64,000 bases of DNA from NCBI RefSeq assembly GCF_000143415.4, contig NW_003314282.1:1259374-1323373 (forward strand). The letters are read 5' to 3'. Of the stretch, positions 62,530-64,000 are shown one piece after another. The notes under the pieces are model-generated. The model was not told the origin of the DNA. It saw only the letters and a list, made by a program, of their open reading frames with translations, and ran no database searches. The stretch's first letter is position 1; each line of letters begins with the position of its first letter. Position numbers and translations under genes: made by a program. Source of the stretch: Selaginella moellendorffii. Taxonomy: Eukaryota; Plantae; Lycopodiophyta.

Positions 62530-64000
62530 TTAGCCAATTCTCACAGAAACTGCAGAAATCAATGAAAACGATGTCAATTCTCCAAAGGGAGAAAGAAAGT
62601 CACAGTACCAGAGCCAGGATTAACAACCATAGCTTCAAAAATCTCCTTAAGGCTTTTGACATCGACAGTGGAAGAAAGAGGAGAAGTATCACCACCACCA
62701 GGAGGAGAAGAAGCAATCGCTTCCAATACTTCCTCTAGAGTTTTGGCGACTTGAGTCATGGATGGCCTCTGCTTGCCTTTGAGCCTTGTACACTCAAGCG
62801 CCAGCTTTAGCACCCGGAACAGTGGCTCGGGTTGCAAAGGCACTGCCAACCTTGGATCCAACACCGAGCTCCACTCGTCACGTCCCACCAGATCGATCAC
62901 CCAAGCTACCAGGTTCTGGATCTGTCTCGATAGATCAACCGGCTTACGGCCGGATAGCAACTCGAGAAGAACCACTCCAAAGCTATAGACGTCGCTCTTG
63001 AGCGTGAGCTGCGAAGAGGTCCCATACTCGGGATCCAAGTAGCCGGGAGTTCCAACTATTGTCATGTTGCTCAGGTGCGTTGCATTGTCTTGAGGCCCGC
63101 ACAGCGAGATCCCAAAGTCGGAGATGTGTGCGTTCCAGTCAAAGTCGATGAGAATATTGGCCGACTTTATGTCCCTGTGGATGATGCTGGGCGATGCATA
63201 CTTGTGGAGATACTCGAGGCCCCGGGCAGCCTGTGCCGCAATTCTTATCCGGCTCACCCATTCCAGAGGGCCGGATCTAGAAGTTGGCGATTGGAATATG
63301 TTGTCATGGACAGTTCCTCGAGACATGAACTCGAAGACGAGGACATTCTCTTCTTTGCAGTATCCAAACAAGTTTACCAGGCAAGAGTGGTGAGTTCTAG
63401 CGAGAAGTTCCAGCTCCTTGTCAAACATGGCATCACACCTGTATAAGTTTCCAGTTAGAGCAAGCTTTCGCTATATAAGCTCGAGGATTCAAGTACTTAC
63501 CTCTCGCAAGCCTTGCCTCGCTTGATCGCGACTTGGTAGCCATTCTCAAGCACTCCCTTGTACACCGTCCCGAAAGCACCTCTCCCCAGGATCATCTCCT
63601 CGCTGTAGTTCTTTGTCGCCAACTTGAGTTCTTCTGCGGAGATAGAAACAACTCCATTGCCAAAATGCTCGTTGTTCCTGGTGGACAAGACCCGGAGCTT
63701 GCCCTTCCTTCTCCTGATCCGGCAGAGGTAGCTCCACACAGCTCCCATGAAGATGAGAGCAAGCGAGAGCGTCGCCGAGACATACAAGACCACGACGAAG
63801 ACACTCTTGCCACCCTGCCTCTTGGCGTCGCGGCCACTGCCAATCTTGACGCTGCCACACTGTCGATCGGAGTTCACACCGCACGGAGAAGTCTCTACGT
63901 TGCCCCCGACGCAGATGGAACAATCCAAGCACACCTTGTCGGACAGAGACGGGCACTGCGACGAGGTCTTGTTCATCTGGAACTGGTTCTTGCCGCACTC
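62530..64000 (-). CDS. Receptor-like kinase with a TNFR-like Cys-rich ectodomain (CRINKLY4-like), 5' end beyond the window, 3' end uncertain
   Basis: C..C..DKVCLDCSIC..ETSPC..NSDRQC; TM helix; GRGAFG, VAIK, HRDIKSAN, DFG, GTPGYLDPEY; intron 63439-63500. Confidence 0.85.

Overview
Eukaryotic land-plant genomic DNA. The very short introns (about 50-70 nt), tight gene packing, PLS-class PPR genes and TE content suggest the lycophyte Selaginella (inference, not verified). About 1-38.7 kb is TE-rich and rearranged. It holds nested Ty3/Gypsy relics and a complete but mutated short-LTR Gypsy element (4590-9593, minus strand) with a clear -1 frameshift slippery site plus H-type pseudoknot. It also holds a ~5.5 kb duplication carrying two COPT/Ctr copper-transporter genes plus a COPT pseudogene, decayed AT-rich intronless ORFs, an orphan multi-pass membrane ORF, and a TSD-flanked TRIM/Gypsy chimera (27423-37903) with a non-coding LARD-like element nested inside it (29539-36459). 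About 40-64 kb is gene-dense: tRNA-Leu(TAG), HY5-like bZIP, CCB1, ARF GTPase, U-box/ARM E3 ligase, a half TALE homeobox, a secreted triple-repeat Cys-rich peptide precursor (plus a pseudogene paralogue), DHHC S-acyltransferase (PAT11-like), an Ole e 1/extensin-like protein, a PLS-PPR protein with an unusual N-terminal module, long-form tRNase Z and a CRINKLY4-like receptor kinase cut off by the window edge. Best leads: the CC-x6-C-x3-C multi-repeat peptide precursor, the frameshift pseudoknot, the TRIM-Gypsy chimera and the PPR N-terminal fusion. All calls are from reading the sequence; no database searches were run.
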